Both the position numbers and the translations under genes were made by a program. DNA of 64,000 bases from Plasmodiophora brassicae (taxonomy: Eukaryota). The stretch's first letter is position 1. Each line of letters starts with the position of its first letter. The notes beneath the pieces were generated by a model. The model worked only from the letters and a program-made list of their open reading frames with translations. It was not told the origin of the DNA and made no database searches. The DNA lies in contig CP145416.1 of NCBI GenBank assembly GCA_036867785.1, forward strand, positions 186,001 to 250,000, given 5' to 3'. Below, one piece after another: positions 36,809 to 49,338 of this stretch.

Positions 36809-37770
36809 ATGTCGTCGCCGGCATGCGCCACCACCGCATCGCTGCTCCTGGTCCTGGTCGCCGTCTGCGCGCCGTTGACGTCGTCGGCCGGCGCGCTGGT
36901 CGTCAGCGGGCGGCCGTCCCGCGGATTGCTGGACGGCGCGGTCCGCCTGCTGTCGTCGGTGCTGGCGACGCAGTCCTGCGCGACGCCGGCCCAGTCTGCC
37001 GGCTGCGTCATTGGCAGTACGGGCGGCGGCGATGACGGCGATCTGGTGGCCGCCTACGGGCGGAACCTGCAGCGGCCTGAATGCGCGATCAGCATGCTGG
37101 ACCTCGGTGTGGAGCCAGTCGTCGCCAGCGATGGGTACACTTACCGTCTGTCGCCGCTCATGACCTGGTAGGCGCTGTTGTTGCCCTCCCGGTTGCGTCT
37201 GTCGGGTCATGTGTGTGCGTGACCTGCTCAGGTGTGCCAGATTCGACTATGGCTCGTGTACGTCGCCGTTGACGCGCGAGACCATCCGTCCCGAGGTCTA
37301 CTATAATCAGGACCTGGAGGTGGTCATGAACACATGGGGCGACCAGGTGCGGCGGAAGCGCCATGGCACCACCATGTCCTGGGTGCAGCGGTTCTGCGCC
37401 GACACGGTCGTGATCTGCCCTGACGGTCGGTCGTATACGGAGGAGGAGGCCCACAAATTCAAACTGAGATGGTGCTATCTGAACCGGGCCCTCAAGAAGG
37501 TGGCCATGGAGGTGGCTGCCCTCGACGTCCTCAGCGTGCAGCAACAGCAGGACCTGGAACCCGTTGCCGAAAGGTACTGGGCGGGTGCCGCCCCTGTTAC
37601 ACGATGGGGCGCGCGCCGCATGCTGACGACGTCGCGATGTGTCCTGCAGAATGGCGCGACGGTCGTCGGTGCACCTGCCGGCGCCGACCGGATGCCGATC
37701 CTGGAACGACGTTTACGTACACCGAGAAACCCACGAGCGTGACGCGTTCCTGGACTACCTGATACCGTGA
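36809..37770 (+). CDS. Signal peptide + U-box domain protein, copy 1 (3 exons)
   Basis: SLLLVLVAVCAPLTSSAG leader. U-box CAISMLDLGVEPVVASDGYTYRLSPLMTW|C...TSPLTRETIRPEVYYNQDL spans intron 37168-37231. Confidence 0.75.
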
Positions 37771-38000
37771 GCGGTCCTGCTGCGTTCATGGCCTTAGGAG
37801 ACGCAATACAGGATAATCGGCCTATACGTGCAGGACGGGACACGCCCGACCCTCTGCAGGAGGCGCAGTGTCGCCACATTGGCGGGCGTCGTGGCCGGGG
37901 AACGGTGGTGGCGCGGACCTGCAGGCAGTCGGCAGATCAACCAGCGGAGGGACGGGAGGACGGACAGTGCGGCCGGATCCCCGACGTGCGCTTGCAAACC

Positions 38001-38893
38001 ATGCCGCCCGGATCCACGATGGTCCTGGTCGTTCTGGCAATCGGCTTCCCGGTCGCCTGGTCCGGGACGTCTTCGCCGACCCCGCCGCTCGTCGTCCAAG
38101 GGAGCCCGCCGTCGCCCGGGTTCATCGCCCGCACCGCCGGCTGCCTGTCGTCGGCGCCGTGCCTCCCCGACGTCGACAGGGCGCCGATCGGCGTCGTCCC
38201 AGACGACGATGACGCGATCAGCGACCTGATTGAAGAATACGGTCGAGGTGTGGACCCGCCCGAGTGTCCGATCAGCATGTTGGACCTCGATGCGGAGCCG
38301 GTCGTCGCCAGCGATGGGCATACCTATCGCCTGTCGACGCTGATGGATTGGTACATCGTCTAGTGAGTGCGTTGGTGTGCGACCATGACGGCCCTGGCTG
38401 TGCGCTGGTGTCATCTAGGTGTGCGAGATTCAGTCGTGGGCGCTGCCTGTCGCCAATCTCGCAGGTGCCGATCCGGGCGGAGGTGTACTACAACCAGGAC
38501 CTGGAGATGGTGGCGACCTCCTGGAGCGATCAGGTGCGGTGGTGGCGCCACGGCGTCACCCTGCCCTGGGTGCAGCGGTTCAACGCCAGCAAGGCCATGA
38601 TCTGCGCCGACGGGCGCTCGTACACGGTTGCGGAAGTCGGCGCGTACCACCTGATCACGGCCTGCTACGTGAACCTCGCCCTCGCGGAGGCCGCCGCCAA
38701 GATTGCCGAACTCGGCACCTTCAGCACGGACCAGCAGGAGATTCTGAGACCCGCCGCGGAACGGTACCGGGGCAACCAGCTCGCGCTGCACTGCAATACT
38801 GGCCCCGGTCGCTGACAGCGCTGCGCGAACAGGATGGCGCAACGCTGCCCCATGATGCGGGCGCTGTCACCCCGGCGGCAAACATCACACTAG
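38001..38893 (+). CDS. Signal peptide + U-box domain protein, copy 2 (3 exons)
   Basis: MVLVVLAIGFPVAWSG leader. CPISMLDLDAEPVVASDGHTYRLSTLMDW|C...LSPISQVPIRAEVYYNQDL. Same intron positions as copy 1. Confidence 0.75.
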
Positions 38894-39130
38894 CGGCCGC
38901 CCCCGTTGCTCGCGCACGTTACCGCATGCAGACGCTGTCCCCCGTCAACTGAATATATACACCAGCGACACTGTCCCCGTCGGCGGGTTCGCCTGCCAGC
39001 AGACGGAAGAAGCAGGCAGCGAGCACGGCGGCGGCGGGGCGATGGCGGGCCGGGCCCGGGGCACCACGTCGCGCAGTCCGTCAGCGGTCGTCTCGCGTGT
39101 TGCTCCGTTTCGTCGTGGCGTCAGAGGGAT

Positions 39131-39882
39131 ATGCAGTCGGTCCTGTCCTGGTTCCAGCATGCGCGCCATCAGCTCAAGGCCGGCAAACGAAACGTAACGA
39201 CCCTGTGTGCGTCGGTCGGGTTCGCGGGTTGACGCTAAACGTGTGCCGTGTTGTGTGTGTGTGTAGATGTTCCTGCAGGTCATCCAGCTGGGCATGATCG
39301 TCAGCACGGCGCTCATGATGTGGAAGGGGCTCGTCCTGGTCACCAACAGCGAGAGCCCCGTTGTCGTCGTGCTGTCCGGCAGCATGGAACCCGCGTTCTA
39401 TCGCGGCGACGTCCTCTTCCTGACGCGATCGTCGGCGCCGATTGAAGTTGGCGAAATCGTCGTGTGCGTGCTGTTGCTGTGCCAGGGGCGGCCAGGCGTT
39501 TAACGGTTCCGGTGTAGGTTCAAGATCAAGGGCCGTGACATCCCGATCGTGCACCGCGTCCTGGAGACGCACTATCCGACGAATCCCGGGCAGAAGGTGC
39601 GCCTGCTGACCAAAGGCGACAACAACCGCGTCGACGACCGCGGCCTGTACAACCGCGGGCAGTTCTGGCTGGACCCCGACGACATCATCGGGCGCGCGCA
39701 AGCGTAACGCGCCCCCTGCCCCCGTGTCATGCACCGGATCGTATCGTGACGTGTCGTTCTGCGCTCGTAGATGGTGCCCGTACGTCGGCTTCCCGACCAT
39801 CATGCTCAGCGACTACCCGCTGCTCAAGTACGTCGTCCTGGGCCTCATGGGCGTCATGGTCATCTTCTCCAAAGAGGAGTAA
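39131..39882 (+). CDS. SEC11: Signal peptidase complex catalytic subunit SEC11
   Basis: [42 protein letters not shown] and PYVG. Confidence 0.93.
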
Positions 39883-39979
39883 ACCGACCGGAACTGTGCC
39901 TGACGAACGCTACCAAAATTGGGACGCGCCCACGTAAAGCGCTCCAGGGGCCTGGTTGCTGTATATTGTACGGAGGAGC

Positions 39980-40587
39980 ATGGCCCTACCCACCCGACAG
40001 CAATGTGACCGCCTGCCGCAGACGGCCGCCGCCTGTCCGGTAGGCAGTAGCAGGCGATGGCAGCGTCGCCGACGGCGCTGGCGCATCGTGCTAAGCGCGC
40101 CGTCCTCGACGAGGTGCAACACGGCCAGGCCTGCCTGAGGCAGATCGTCCATGGGCAGGCCACCCGCACCGACCTGTTCTTCATCGACTCGGCCGTTCTG
40201 GGTACCGCCTGACGTGCGCTGGAGGCAGGCGAGTTTTCTGAATCGGTGGACCCACGTCCAGGCCTGGGTGGGCTCGTGTCCGTTCTGATGCCAACGCTGG
40301 TGACGGGGCTGTACGGCGGCGGGTTCTCGTCGTCGTCGTGGGAATCGTGCAGCACGAGGACCGTTGGCGTCTACATGGTCGGCCTGGCGGCCCTGGTCTA
40401 CGCCTGCGGCCACGGCACCGATCGCATGTCGCGCGCTCTGCTCCTGCTCTGGGCCCTGGTCACCTTCAACGCGTTCGCTGTCATCGTCTACTCCACGTCG
40501 GGCACCCTGCTGCACTTCGTGACGTTCCTGGGCGCCCTGGCGCTGACCGGCGCACACGCCCTCGACGCCAAGCTCGTCAAGATCTGA
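39980..40587 (+). CDS. Small hypothetical membrane protein (5' structure uncertain)
   Basis: Last exon encodes three hydrophobic segments ending ALDAKLVKI. Codon usage is gene-like. Confidence 0.4.
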
Positions 40588-40677
40588 TCTGTGTACACTG
40601 GACGATTCGTTCGAAGGGGCCCTCCCCGCCGCCGGGTACGGTCCGGCGGTCGTTGCGTCCATTGACGATTGGTTGGC

Positions 40678-41679
40678 ATGGCGACGACGTTGGGCCTGTC
40701 GGGACCGGCCTGGGCGTGCCTCAGCGCGCATTGCGTTCAGGTTCGGGTCGACACGGGGCGCCTGGACCTGTCCAGCGATGTGGCCGCCGGGCGGTTCCTG
40801 CTGCAGGGCTCCATGACGACCATGAACGGGGACGTCCTGGGCCCTGGCGCACTGGTCGGCCCGTCGTCGTTGTTCCCCGGCGTGCCCGCCGACCCGATCG
40901 CGTCGTCGTCCGATGCGGCGTTGCTGGTCCTGCCAGCGCCTGCCTTCGACAGGTTACGCGAGGCGCACCCGCAGGTGGCCCTAGACGTGCTGGGTGCCGT
41001 TGCGACGGCGATCGTCCAGCGCGGGTCGGGGACGGCGACCTGGAGGCGTGACATCTGCAAGTGGCGCCGGTTGGCGTGCCTCGGGGAGATGCGGGTGCAG
41101 AGCGCCCTGCAGGAGCGGGACCGGTTGCAGAAGGACGTCGACGAGTTGCGCCGCGAGGTCAGGCGGGCGGTCGGCGCGCATCGCCATTGTGACGCCCGGG
41201 AGGAGGCGCTGCGTGCACAGCTGATGCAGGCGCTCCGGCAGGTTCGCAGCCGACAGGCGGCCCTGGAGGCGCAGGTCGCATTGAACGCGTCACTGGGCAG
41301 GACGGCGCCGCCGCCCGCCCGGCGCCTGGGATCGCCGACCACCTTGACGAGGTCCGTGTCCAGCGTGGCGTTCGGCCAGCCGGCGCCAAGATCCAGGTAC
41401 CGCCTGCCGAACACGATCAAGACGAATGGTGACGACGATGGGCGACGGGCGGCGACGCCGGCCGTGTGCACGTTCAGAAAGACGTACGACCAGGTGGACC
41501 TGTGCGTTGGAAGCACGCGACCGGGGACGGCACAGGACGGTCCCGGCACGACACGAAGGGCAACGGGGACGCCAGCGGTTGTCGTTGAGTGTCGGCAGCA
41601 GCGACGAGCGCAGCATTGTCAGGCGTCGAGTACGCTGGTGCCGTTCAGCGAGCGTGCAATGAATCGGGAGATGGCGTGA
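40678..41679 (+). CDS. Hypothetical protein with cyclic-nucleotide-binding-like segment and coiled coil
   Basis: FLLQGS...LGPGALVG..SL...ALLVLPAPAFDRLREAHPQVA resembles a degenerate cNMP-binding fold. Heptad region follows. Confidence 0.45.
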   Translation: MATTLGLSGPAWACLSAHCVQVRVDTGRLDLSSDVAAGRFLLQGSMTTMNGDVLGPGALVGPSSLFPGVPADPIASSSDAALLVLPAPAFDRLREAHPQVALDVLGAVATAIVQRGSGTATWRRDICKWRRLACLGEMRVQSALQERDRLQKDVDELRREVRRAVGAHRHCDAREEALRAQLMQALRQVRSRQAALEAQVALNASLGRTAPPPARRLGSPTTLTRSVSSVAFGQPAPRSRYRLPNTIKTNGDDDGRRAATPAVCTFRKTYDQVDLCVGSTRPGTAQDGPGTTRRATGTPAVVVECRQQRRAQHCQASSTLVPFSERAMNREMA

Positions 41680-41715
41680 GTGCCGCGTCGCGTCCAGTGT
41701 ATTGTGCGGGCAGGG

Positions 41716-42364
<649 letters not shown>

Positions 42365-42491
42365 CCGTGACGACGACTGCACGAACTGCCAACGGCCGCA
42401 ACGGCGAAAACGCTCCGCCTCATGCCGCACACCAGTCGCCAGTTCTACATGTAGTGTATTCCGTACGGGGGCGGGCGGTGTGCACGCGAGG

Positions 42492-43048
42492 TTACCTGAG
42501 CAGGCGCAGGCCGGCGAACAAGGGACGAATCATGGACTGCGGGTACGGGGCCGTGCACAGGCACGTGGCAATGTTCTCGGGGCGTTCCATCTGGCGGGCA
42601 GCATTATAGTGCAGTCACTCGGCGCCGAGTGCCCGGTTAGGTACGCACCCAGACGTGATGGCGAACGTCCCGGGAGCGCAGTGTCGAGGCGAACTCCTGC
42701 AGGTGGCGGTCATTGTCGACCTGAAGGACGACCTTGCGCATCTGGCCGAGGTCGGCCAGGTACCTGGATGTGTACTCGTCATTGTACGATTCAGCGATGG
42801 CGGCCACCGCAGCTGGTTGTCAAACGTGAGACGGGGCCAGCAGTACCGCGATACAGTCTACGTACATACCATGCGCGCCCTGTGCAACGACCGATCCAAT
42901 GGGCCAGTGCAGATCCTGACACGCTTCGGTCATCAGTACAATGGAATACGACGGGCGGCAGCACACCCGCGCATGCCTGGATCAGATCGCGCCTGACCAG
43001 GATGTACTGCAGGACGGGGTCATCCGCAGACGACAACGACGACGCCAT
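42492..43048 (-). CDS. PTRHD1: Peptidyl-tRNA hydrolase domain-containing protein 1
   Basis: VLQYILVRRDL, GSVVAQGAH, MRKVVL and ERPENIATCLCTAPYP...LRLLR* across exons. Confidence 0.8.
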
Positions 43049-43200
43049 CAGCGCGGCGCAACTCCGAACACCCTAAAGGCGACAGGGTAGGTACCTACTA
43101 CGGCTGCATGGGCAATCCGCTCAGGCGCTGTGTCGGGCCGCTCACGGATCACGGCTACACGCGAGCGGCGGCCGCGAGGGCCCCCGACAAGCCCTCAAGT

Positions 43201-43222
43201 GGGGGGGGGGGGGGGGGGGGGG
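43201..43222. repeat. Poly-G tract (G22) in the divergent PTRHD1/GST intergenic region
   Basis: 22 consecutive G. Confidence 0.9.
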
Positions 43223-43517
43223 CGGACGGGCACGTCAACCGTCCGCGTGCGCCACGTCGCCCATGCGCTGCCGAAGGCGAATCGCGAAAAGCCGACTGCG
43301 CCGCTGGGGAATCCGAGACGTGTCCGAGGGCTGAGTCGTCCAGGAATAGCCTGCCTGTGCTGGCGGCTGCTGCCTCCCCAGTGGGGGTAGGTACTTTTGC
43401 GGGTGCCCCCCGTGGCCCCGTGACGCCGACCGACGCGGACACCGGGCACGCTCGCCCGCCATACCGCAATTGGTTGTCGTTCGTGCAGACCGATCGATCG
43501 CGTCGCGCTCTAAGGAG

Positions 43518-44165
43518 ATGGCTCCCCCGTCGAACATCAAGATCACGTACTTCAAGAACCCGGGCGGCGCCGCCGACCCGACCTACATCACGCTGCTGAT
43601 GGCGGGCATCCACTTCGACAGCGAGCAGATCGTGTACGGGTCGCCGGAGTGGGAGAAGCTCAAGTCGTCCAAGACGCTGCCGTTCGACCAGCTGCCGGTG
43701 GCCACCATCGACGGCAAACAGTACTCGCAGTCGAAGGCCCTGTTCCGCTACGCCGGTAAGCTCGCCGGGTACTACCCCCAGGACCCGCTCACCGCCCTGA
43801 AGGTCGACGAGATCACCGAGGCCCTCGACGACCTCATTAAGGTCGCGGCCAAGGCGTTCTACGAGCAGGACCCGAACACACGCGCCAAGTACGCCGACGA
43901 GACGTTCCAGACTTCGTTCCCGAAGTTCGTCGGCGGCATCGAGAAGCTCCTGGAGAGCAAGGAGTTCGCCGTCGGCCACCAGGTGACGCTGGCTGACATC
44001 TACACGTTCACGACGATGTGGGCCCTGAAACACAAGCTGAAGAAGCACTGGGACGACAAGCTGCTGAAGACGTACCCCAAGGTCGAATGCATCTGCAAGA
44101 AGATCGAGGGCAACCCCAAGGTCCAGGAGTGGTACGCCAAGAACCCGTTCCCGCAGATGGCCTGA
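43518..44165 (+). CDS. Glutathione S-transferase (sigma-like)
   Basis: KITYF, LPFDQLPV..IDG..YSQSKALFRYAGKLAG.YP and VGHQVTLADI. Confidence 0.9.
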   Translation: MAPPSNIKITYFKNPGGAADPTYITLLMAGIHFDSEQIVYGSPEWEKLKSSKTLPFDQLPVATIDGKQYSQSKALFRYAGKLAGYYPQDPLTALKVDEITEALDDLIKVAAKAFYEQDPNTRAKYADETFQTSFPKFVGGIEKLLESKEFAVGHQVTLADIYTFTTMWALKHKLKKHWDDKLLKTYPKVECICKKIEGNPKVQEWYAKNPFPQMA

Positions 44166-44251
44166 TCGGCAGCATGCCGCATGCGTGTCGCAATGGACGA
44201 ATGATCTCGTGTCGCACGTCTCGACCCCCGTGTGTGTGTGTTGCCAGCCAA

Positions 44252-46018
44252 TCAATCGGACGGGTTTAGTTTCGACATGACCAGGTCGAGCAGCGCCTTC
44301 ATGTCGCGTTCGCCGCGCTTCCGTCGAAGGAATTCCGGCGTCGTGTCGGTGTCGGCAACTGGCGCCGCTGGCTTCACTGTCGCCTTGGCTAGCCGGGCAT
44401 CCAACTCCGCGTCGAACTTGGCATGCACGCTGGCCATCGAGCGCGGCACGCGGTACCGCTTCGAATCGGCGATGCCGTGCCTGTCCGGCATGGCGGTCGG
44501 CTTCAGGTGGTCCGGGTGGCCGACGCGTCGCGCCTGCTCCCGATGTTCTGTCGACGCCGTCTTGCGCTCGCAGTGGCGCTCGTCCAGCTTCGTGTGGTAG
44601 ACCAGGCCGTGGTCCAGCGCCTGGCGGAGCATGTCCATGGCTTGGTGCACGTTCAGGGACGGACGGTCGGCAAAGTGCCCGGCGCTGTTCACGTCGTCGC
44701 TGCACAGGTTCACGTGTCAGCATCAGGCCATTATCGCATGAACGACGGCTGACATCTTCCGTCCCAGTTCCTGTTCAATGCGACGCAACGACCATCCATC
44801 GCCATCATCAGTACTAACCGCAGTCATGAACGTCTTCTGCAGAGCGACGCGCCGTTCAGCAGACGATTCACGACGCAGGCAGGAGAGCAGAACGCAGTAC
44901 CGTGTCTGGCTCGTGTCGAGTCGGTTCGACGTGGCCGAGCTGTTCGGCCCCATCGCCGTCAGCAGGTTCCTCGTCGTCAACGTCGGACGCGATATCGGGC
45001 ATCAGCAGGTGGCTCTTGTCGTTCGTGAATCGGGGTTTGGGTTCATGAATGATGGCGGTCAGTTCGCAGGGTTCAATCAGGCTGCTGTACAGGATCGGGT
45101 ACTGCTGGCGCAGAGCGAGGCCACGTTGCGCCGGCTTGATCAACGGGTTGCCCCGCAGGTCGACCATCTCGAGATTCGTGAACCCGGCCAACGCCAGGAC
45201 ATCGCTCTCGTCCGCCAAGTAGTTGTACGATGCGTCGAGGAAGACGAGGGCGCTGAAGCCCCCGTTGCCACTGATGAACGATGACGGTACCGTCTTCAGA
45301 GCATTCTCGCTGATATCCAGCACCTGCGGCAGGGCAGGTTGGTCCAGGCGGCAACAAGTAGTAGATAGCAACGAAGCAGGCGTACCTCTAGGCTGGGGAT
45401 CTGGCCCAGGGCGTGCCAGACGGCGTCATCCCGCAGCAGGTTGCGTCGCAGCGATAGCTTCTTCAGGGTTCGGAACGCGGACATGTCCTGCGGGACGCGC
45501 GTGATGTCGTTGCAGGTCAGGTCGAGCTCCTCGAGGCACGGTATACGCGCCAGCTCGCCAATGGATGCCGGTGTCAGGCCGTTGTACGCCAGGCCCAGGA
45601 TACGCAACGACGGGTACGACGCGTCGTCCAGGACGATATGGGCGATGCCGTTACAGTGCAGGTGCAACTCGTTCAGGGACGGCAACGCGGCCAACCACTG
45701 CAGGCGCAGGTTGTTGTCGCCGACGTCCAGGTACTGCAGCGCGCGGAACAAGGCCAGGTCGTCGGCGTCGACACGCGACAGCGACTCGCCGGACAGGACG
45801 ACGCTAGCGGCTTCGCTTGGCGTGTGGACCTCGGCGGCCGCTAGGATCCTGGCCGCGTTGAGGACCCCGTCGGTCGAGGCGACGAGCGACGACCTCCGGG
45901 GCGGGCGACGGTATATGATCGGGTTGCGTCGCAGGAACGAGGGCACACGCAGGCGACGCGATCGGGTCGACCCGCTGAACACGTAGTCGGGCAGGCGCGA
46001 CTCGCCGGTACCTGCCAT
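44252..46018 (-). CDS. Leucine-rich repeat protein (XRRA1-like), multi-exon
   Basis: LRR units LQYLDVGDNNL, LNELHLHCNGI, LRILGLAYNGL, LEELDLTCNDI and LEMVDLRGNPL. Confidence 0.75.
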
Positions 46019-46234
46019 CGCACAGACCCGGCAACGCTCAGTGTGCTGGCCGCGGTACACGACGTGCAACGGATCGTGCATTACGGGATGCGGGTTCGAC
46101 AGGCGGGACGTCATCGAGCGTGAGGGTGACGCGCGCCAGTGGAACAGGCGTGCCCATGGTGCCCGCCTGGCTCATGGTCGGTCCGGTTGCGGGCGCCGTC
46201 TGTTCAGGCGCCGTCGCTCCCGTCCATTACTACC

Positions 46235-47290
46235 CTAAGGGATCGACGGACGACTTCTACCTACCTGCCGTGTGTACGGTCGGGGTCGACCAGCGCGAGT
46301 GCACGCGCGCCCGGCTCCGTGTATTATTAGGACGGCGGCGGGAGGTGCTGTGCGCCCTGTCGGACAGACGACGATCAGATACGACGGGAACGCCGGCATG
46401 GCATACCGAGAACGGGGGGACCTGTTCCAGTTTCGGCCGTTTGGAGCTGGCGGCGGCGGTGGCATCGGCGCCCACTTTCCGTTTCTTCTTCACCTTCTTC
46501 TTGGGTTTCGCCTTCATCATCGTCTGTAGCTGTGCGGCGGCAGGCGGCGATTAGCATCCGGTGGGTGTCCATCGGCGTCAGTCACCTGCACGTACGAGTT
46601 GTAGCGGTGGGCCCGGCTCAATGTGCAGACTCGACTTCCACTGCTCCGGTTCGATCGGTTTGACATGGACAGGGGCGCTGCCGCCGATCGAGTCGATCAG
46701 GGGCATCAGGCGCGATTCGAGCGTGAACTCGACGGGCGAGCACCCGGGCAGCATGTCGATGGCGGCGGCGCCCAGGTCGACGTTGGAGAATCCGATCAGG
46801 GCCAGCAGGTCGGCAGCAGCATCCGCTGGACGTGCAGCCGTCAGTCGACAATCGGGGCCATGCAACGACGCTGTCGGCACGCACCGGCACGCAGGTTGAA
46901 GGATTTACCGGCGGCAGGCGTCGCGGCACTCGACGCCGCCATCGCGCTCCCCCCGCCACGCACCACGACAAGACCGCGGCGCGCCGATCCTGGCGCCGAC
47001 GACTCGAGCCCCCTCCTGCGTGCCGTTACCTACCCGCCGCTGACGGTGATCCCAACGCCGTTATCGATACGTGCTGGATCGCTCCATGCCATATGGACTA
47101 GAACGACGCTGCATTCAGATTGCGCGTCGCTAGATATGCCCGGCGGTGGGAGCGGGACACCTTCCGGAACCCGCTCCTGCATACTGGACTATCGAGACCG
47201 CCCTGTGTCGCACCAGCACATCTGCGCCGCGCGTCTGTTGCGCAGCTTGCACGTGTCCGCTCTGTAGGTTGACTGCAGAGTGTAGACATG
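46235..47290 (-). CDS. Hypothetical multi-exon protein with Lys-rich NLS-like segment
   Basis: Exon-like peptides DLLALIGFSNVDLG...SRLMPLI and KAKPKKKVKKKRK. Boundaries uncertain. Confidence 0.3.
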
Positions 47291-47419
47291 CTCTTAGAGC
47301 ATGCAGGGCCGTCTTGCAGCTGCGCTCTATATTTAGGCGAGGCAGTCACGGACTGCGCCGCCCGCCCGTTCCGCGGTGGAGGGTGCCCCGTGTGCGCGCG
47401 CAGACACGCAGCAACACGG

Positions 47420-48525
47420 ATGGTGGGCGGGACGGTCGATGCGGCGGCGACCAGCAAGAGGTACCGGGCCGTACGCAAACGCCTACTGGCCGAGCGGGCA
47501 GCTGCGCGCACGACCTCGACGCGTGTGCCGCTGATTCAGCCCAGGACGGCACCACCGAAGCGCACTGAAGAGCGACGCAGCGGCGCGACATCCGTGTCGG
47601 CGGCGGCGTTCCAGGACAGGATCCGTGCTCGTCTGCAATGTTTGAACGCGTCCAAATTCCGGTGGCTGAACGAGTAGGGGGCCTGATTGCAGACGTGTGT
47701 CCTCGTCAATGTGAACATGACTGTGTGTCAGGGTGCTGTACACGAGCCCTAGCGAACGCAGCCTGCAGGTCTTCCAGGACCATCCCGAGCACTTTGACAT
47801 TGTATGTCGGCCGGTGTGGCACATGCCCGTCGTGTGGCGTTAATACTGATGGGGGGCGAGCAGTACCACCGGGGGTTTGCCGACCAGGTCGACAAGTGGC
47901 CGACGAATCCGGTCGACACCGTCATTGCCGCCCTGCGTCAACAGCCGCCGGACCGTGCGATTGGCGATTTCGGGTGCGGCACGGCCAAGTTGGCACAGGC
48001 GTTCCCGGACAGGACCGTGCACTCGTTCGACCTCGTCGCCGTCAACCGCTTCGTCACCGCCGCCGATATTGCCAACGTACGGCGAGCGTTGCCCGGCCGG
48101 CAATCACACGCTCGCGTGCCTGATCTGCGACGTACAGGTGCCGCTCGATGACGGCTCCCTGGATATTGCCGTCTTCTGCCTGTCACTGATGGGCACGAAC
48201 TGGTGGCAGTTCATCCGCGAGGCGAACCGCGTCCTCAAGACGAACGGGGCCCTGAAGATCATCGAGGTCAAGAGCCGCATTCCCGACGCGCGTGCCTTCA
48301 TCGACGCCGTCGCCTCGGCCGGATTCCATTTCCAGCGATCGGTACGTGCTGCGTGCGTGCGCGCGCGCCATCCGCCTGTCCCTAATTGGTCCTTGTGTGC
48401 CGCAGGACGACCGCAACAAGATGTTCGTCGGGTTCGATTTCCTCAAGACGGCGCCCGCCCCGGATCAGGCTGCCCCATCGGGTCTGCAGTCGGTCTTGAA
48501 GCCGTGTCTGTATAAGAAGCGCTGA
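47420..48525 (+). CDS. RRP8: rRNA-processing methyltransferase RRP8 (nucleomethylin)
   Basis: [51 protein letters not shown] and LKPCLYKKR. Confidence 0.92.
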
Positions 48526-48567
48526 ATACAACAAGGGTGGGCGTCCCTCTGCAGGTGCGACGTCTGC

Positions 48568-49164
48568 TCATGCTGGCCGGGCGGAGAGGCTGCCAGCCAC
48601 GTGTAGCAGCTGCCCATCGTCCTGTCGTACCGCGACGAGGTCGCCCATGTCCTGGATCGCGTTGGCATGCGGTTCGCTCGGGTCCACGCCGCTGTACGAC
48701 GCGCCATGCACGGCCGATGATGCTGCCCGTTGCTCCCGGTTCGATGCGTCGAACATGTTGCCAGGTAGGCCGCCGCTGCCGGTGCCGTCGTCGCGTATCG
48801 TTTGGGTCGCCGGCCGTTCTGCTTCGCACGTGCGATGTACGACGGTCGGCGTATGAGGCGGCGCCTGGCGTGGCCCATGGCTGAATCGCAGACCGTTGAT
48901 GAGCACCTCCAGCTGCTTCATGTCTGTGACGCCCGGGTCGCGCGTCAGGAACGCCATCATGCGCTCCAGAGGCGTGCCCTGACGGATGGCCCGGATGAGG
49001 GCGCGCTCCAGGGCCAGGCGCGAGAACTGATAGAAGGCGGTGTGGACGCAGCCCGGGCAGGAATGACGGCCATGGGCGGCATGCGGGCATCCATGGTGTC
49101 GTTGCCGATACCGTTGGTCGGCCACCGATGCCAGCGTCCGATGCGGGTACCAGGGTGCCTTCAT
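48568..49164 (-). CDS. Hypothetical protein
   Basis: Open frame with protein-like central segment (CPGCVHTAFYQFSRLALERALIRAI). No recognised domain. Confidence 0.3.
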   Translation of the reverse strand: MKAPWYPHRTLASVADQRYRQRHHGCPHAAHGRHSCPGCVHTAFYQFSRLALERALIRAIRQGTPLERMMAFLTRDPGVTDMKQLEVLINGLRFSHGPRQAPPHTPTVVHRTCEAERPATQTIRDDGTGSGGLPGNMFDASNREQRAASSAVHGASYSGVDPSEPHANAIQDMGDLVAVRQDDGQLLHVAGSLSARPA

Positions 49165-49338
49165 TGTCGCCACCCGGGTCCCGCTCGTCGTCATGCGACG
49201 ATGATGGCACTGCATGGCAGACCGCATCGAATATCGACGTCTGTGCAGATATTCCCACCCCGACACGTATCTGGGTGGCAGCAGAGATTTCTGTTCGTCT
49301 GCCTGAGCGTACAGGTACGCCTCGCTGTCGGCATCGAG

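Noticed and set aside
35107-37011. N-terminal 635-aa extension of the 2102-aa ORF
   Set aside because: It is the antisense of the ethanolamine kinase and intergenic DNA. Listerin homology starts at ATG 35106.
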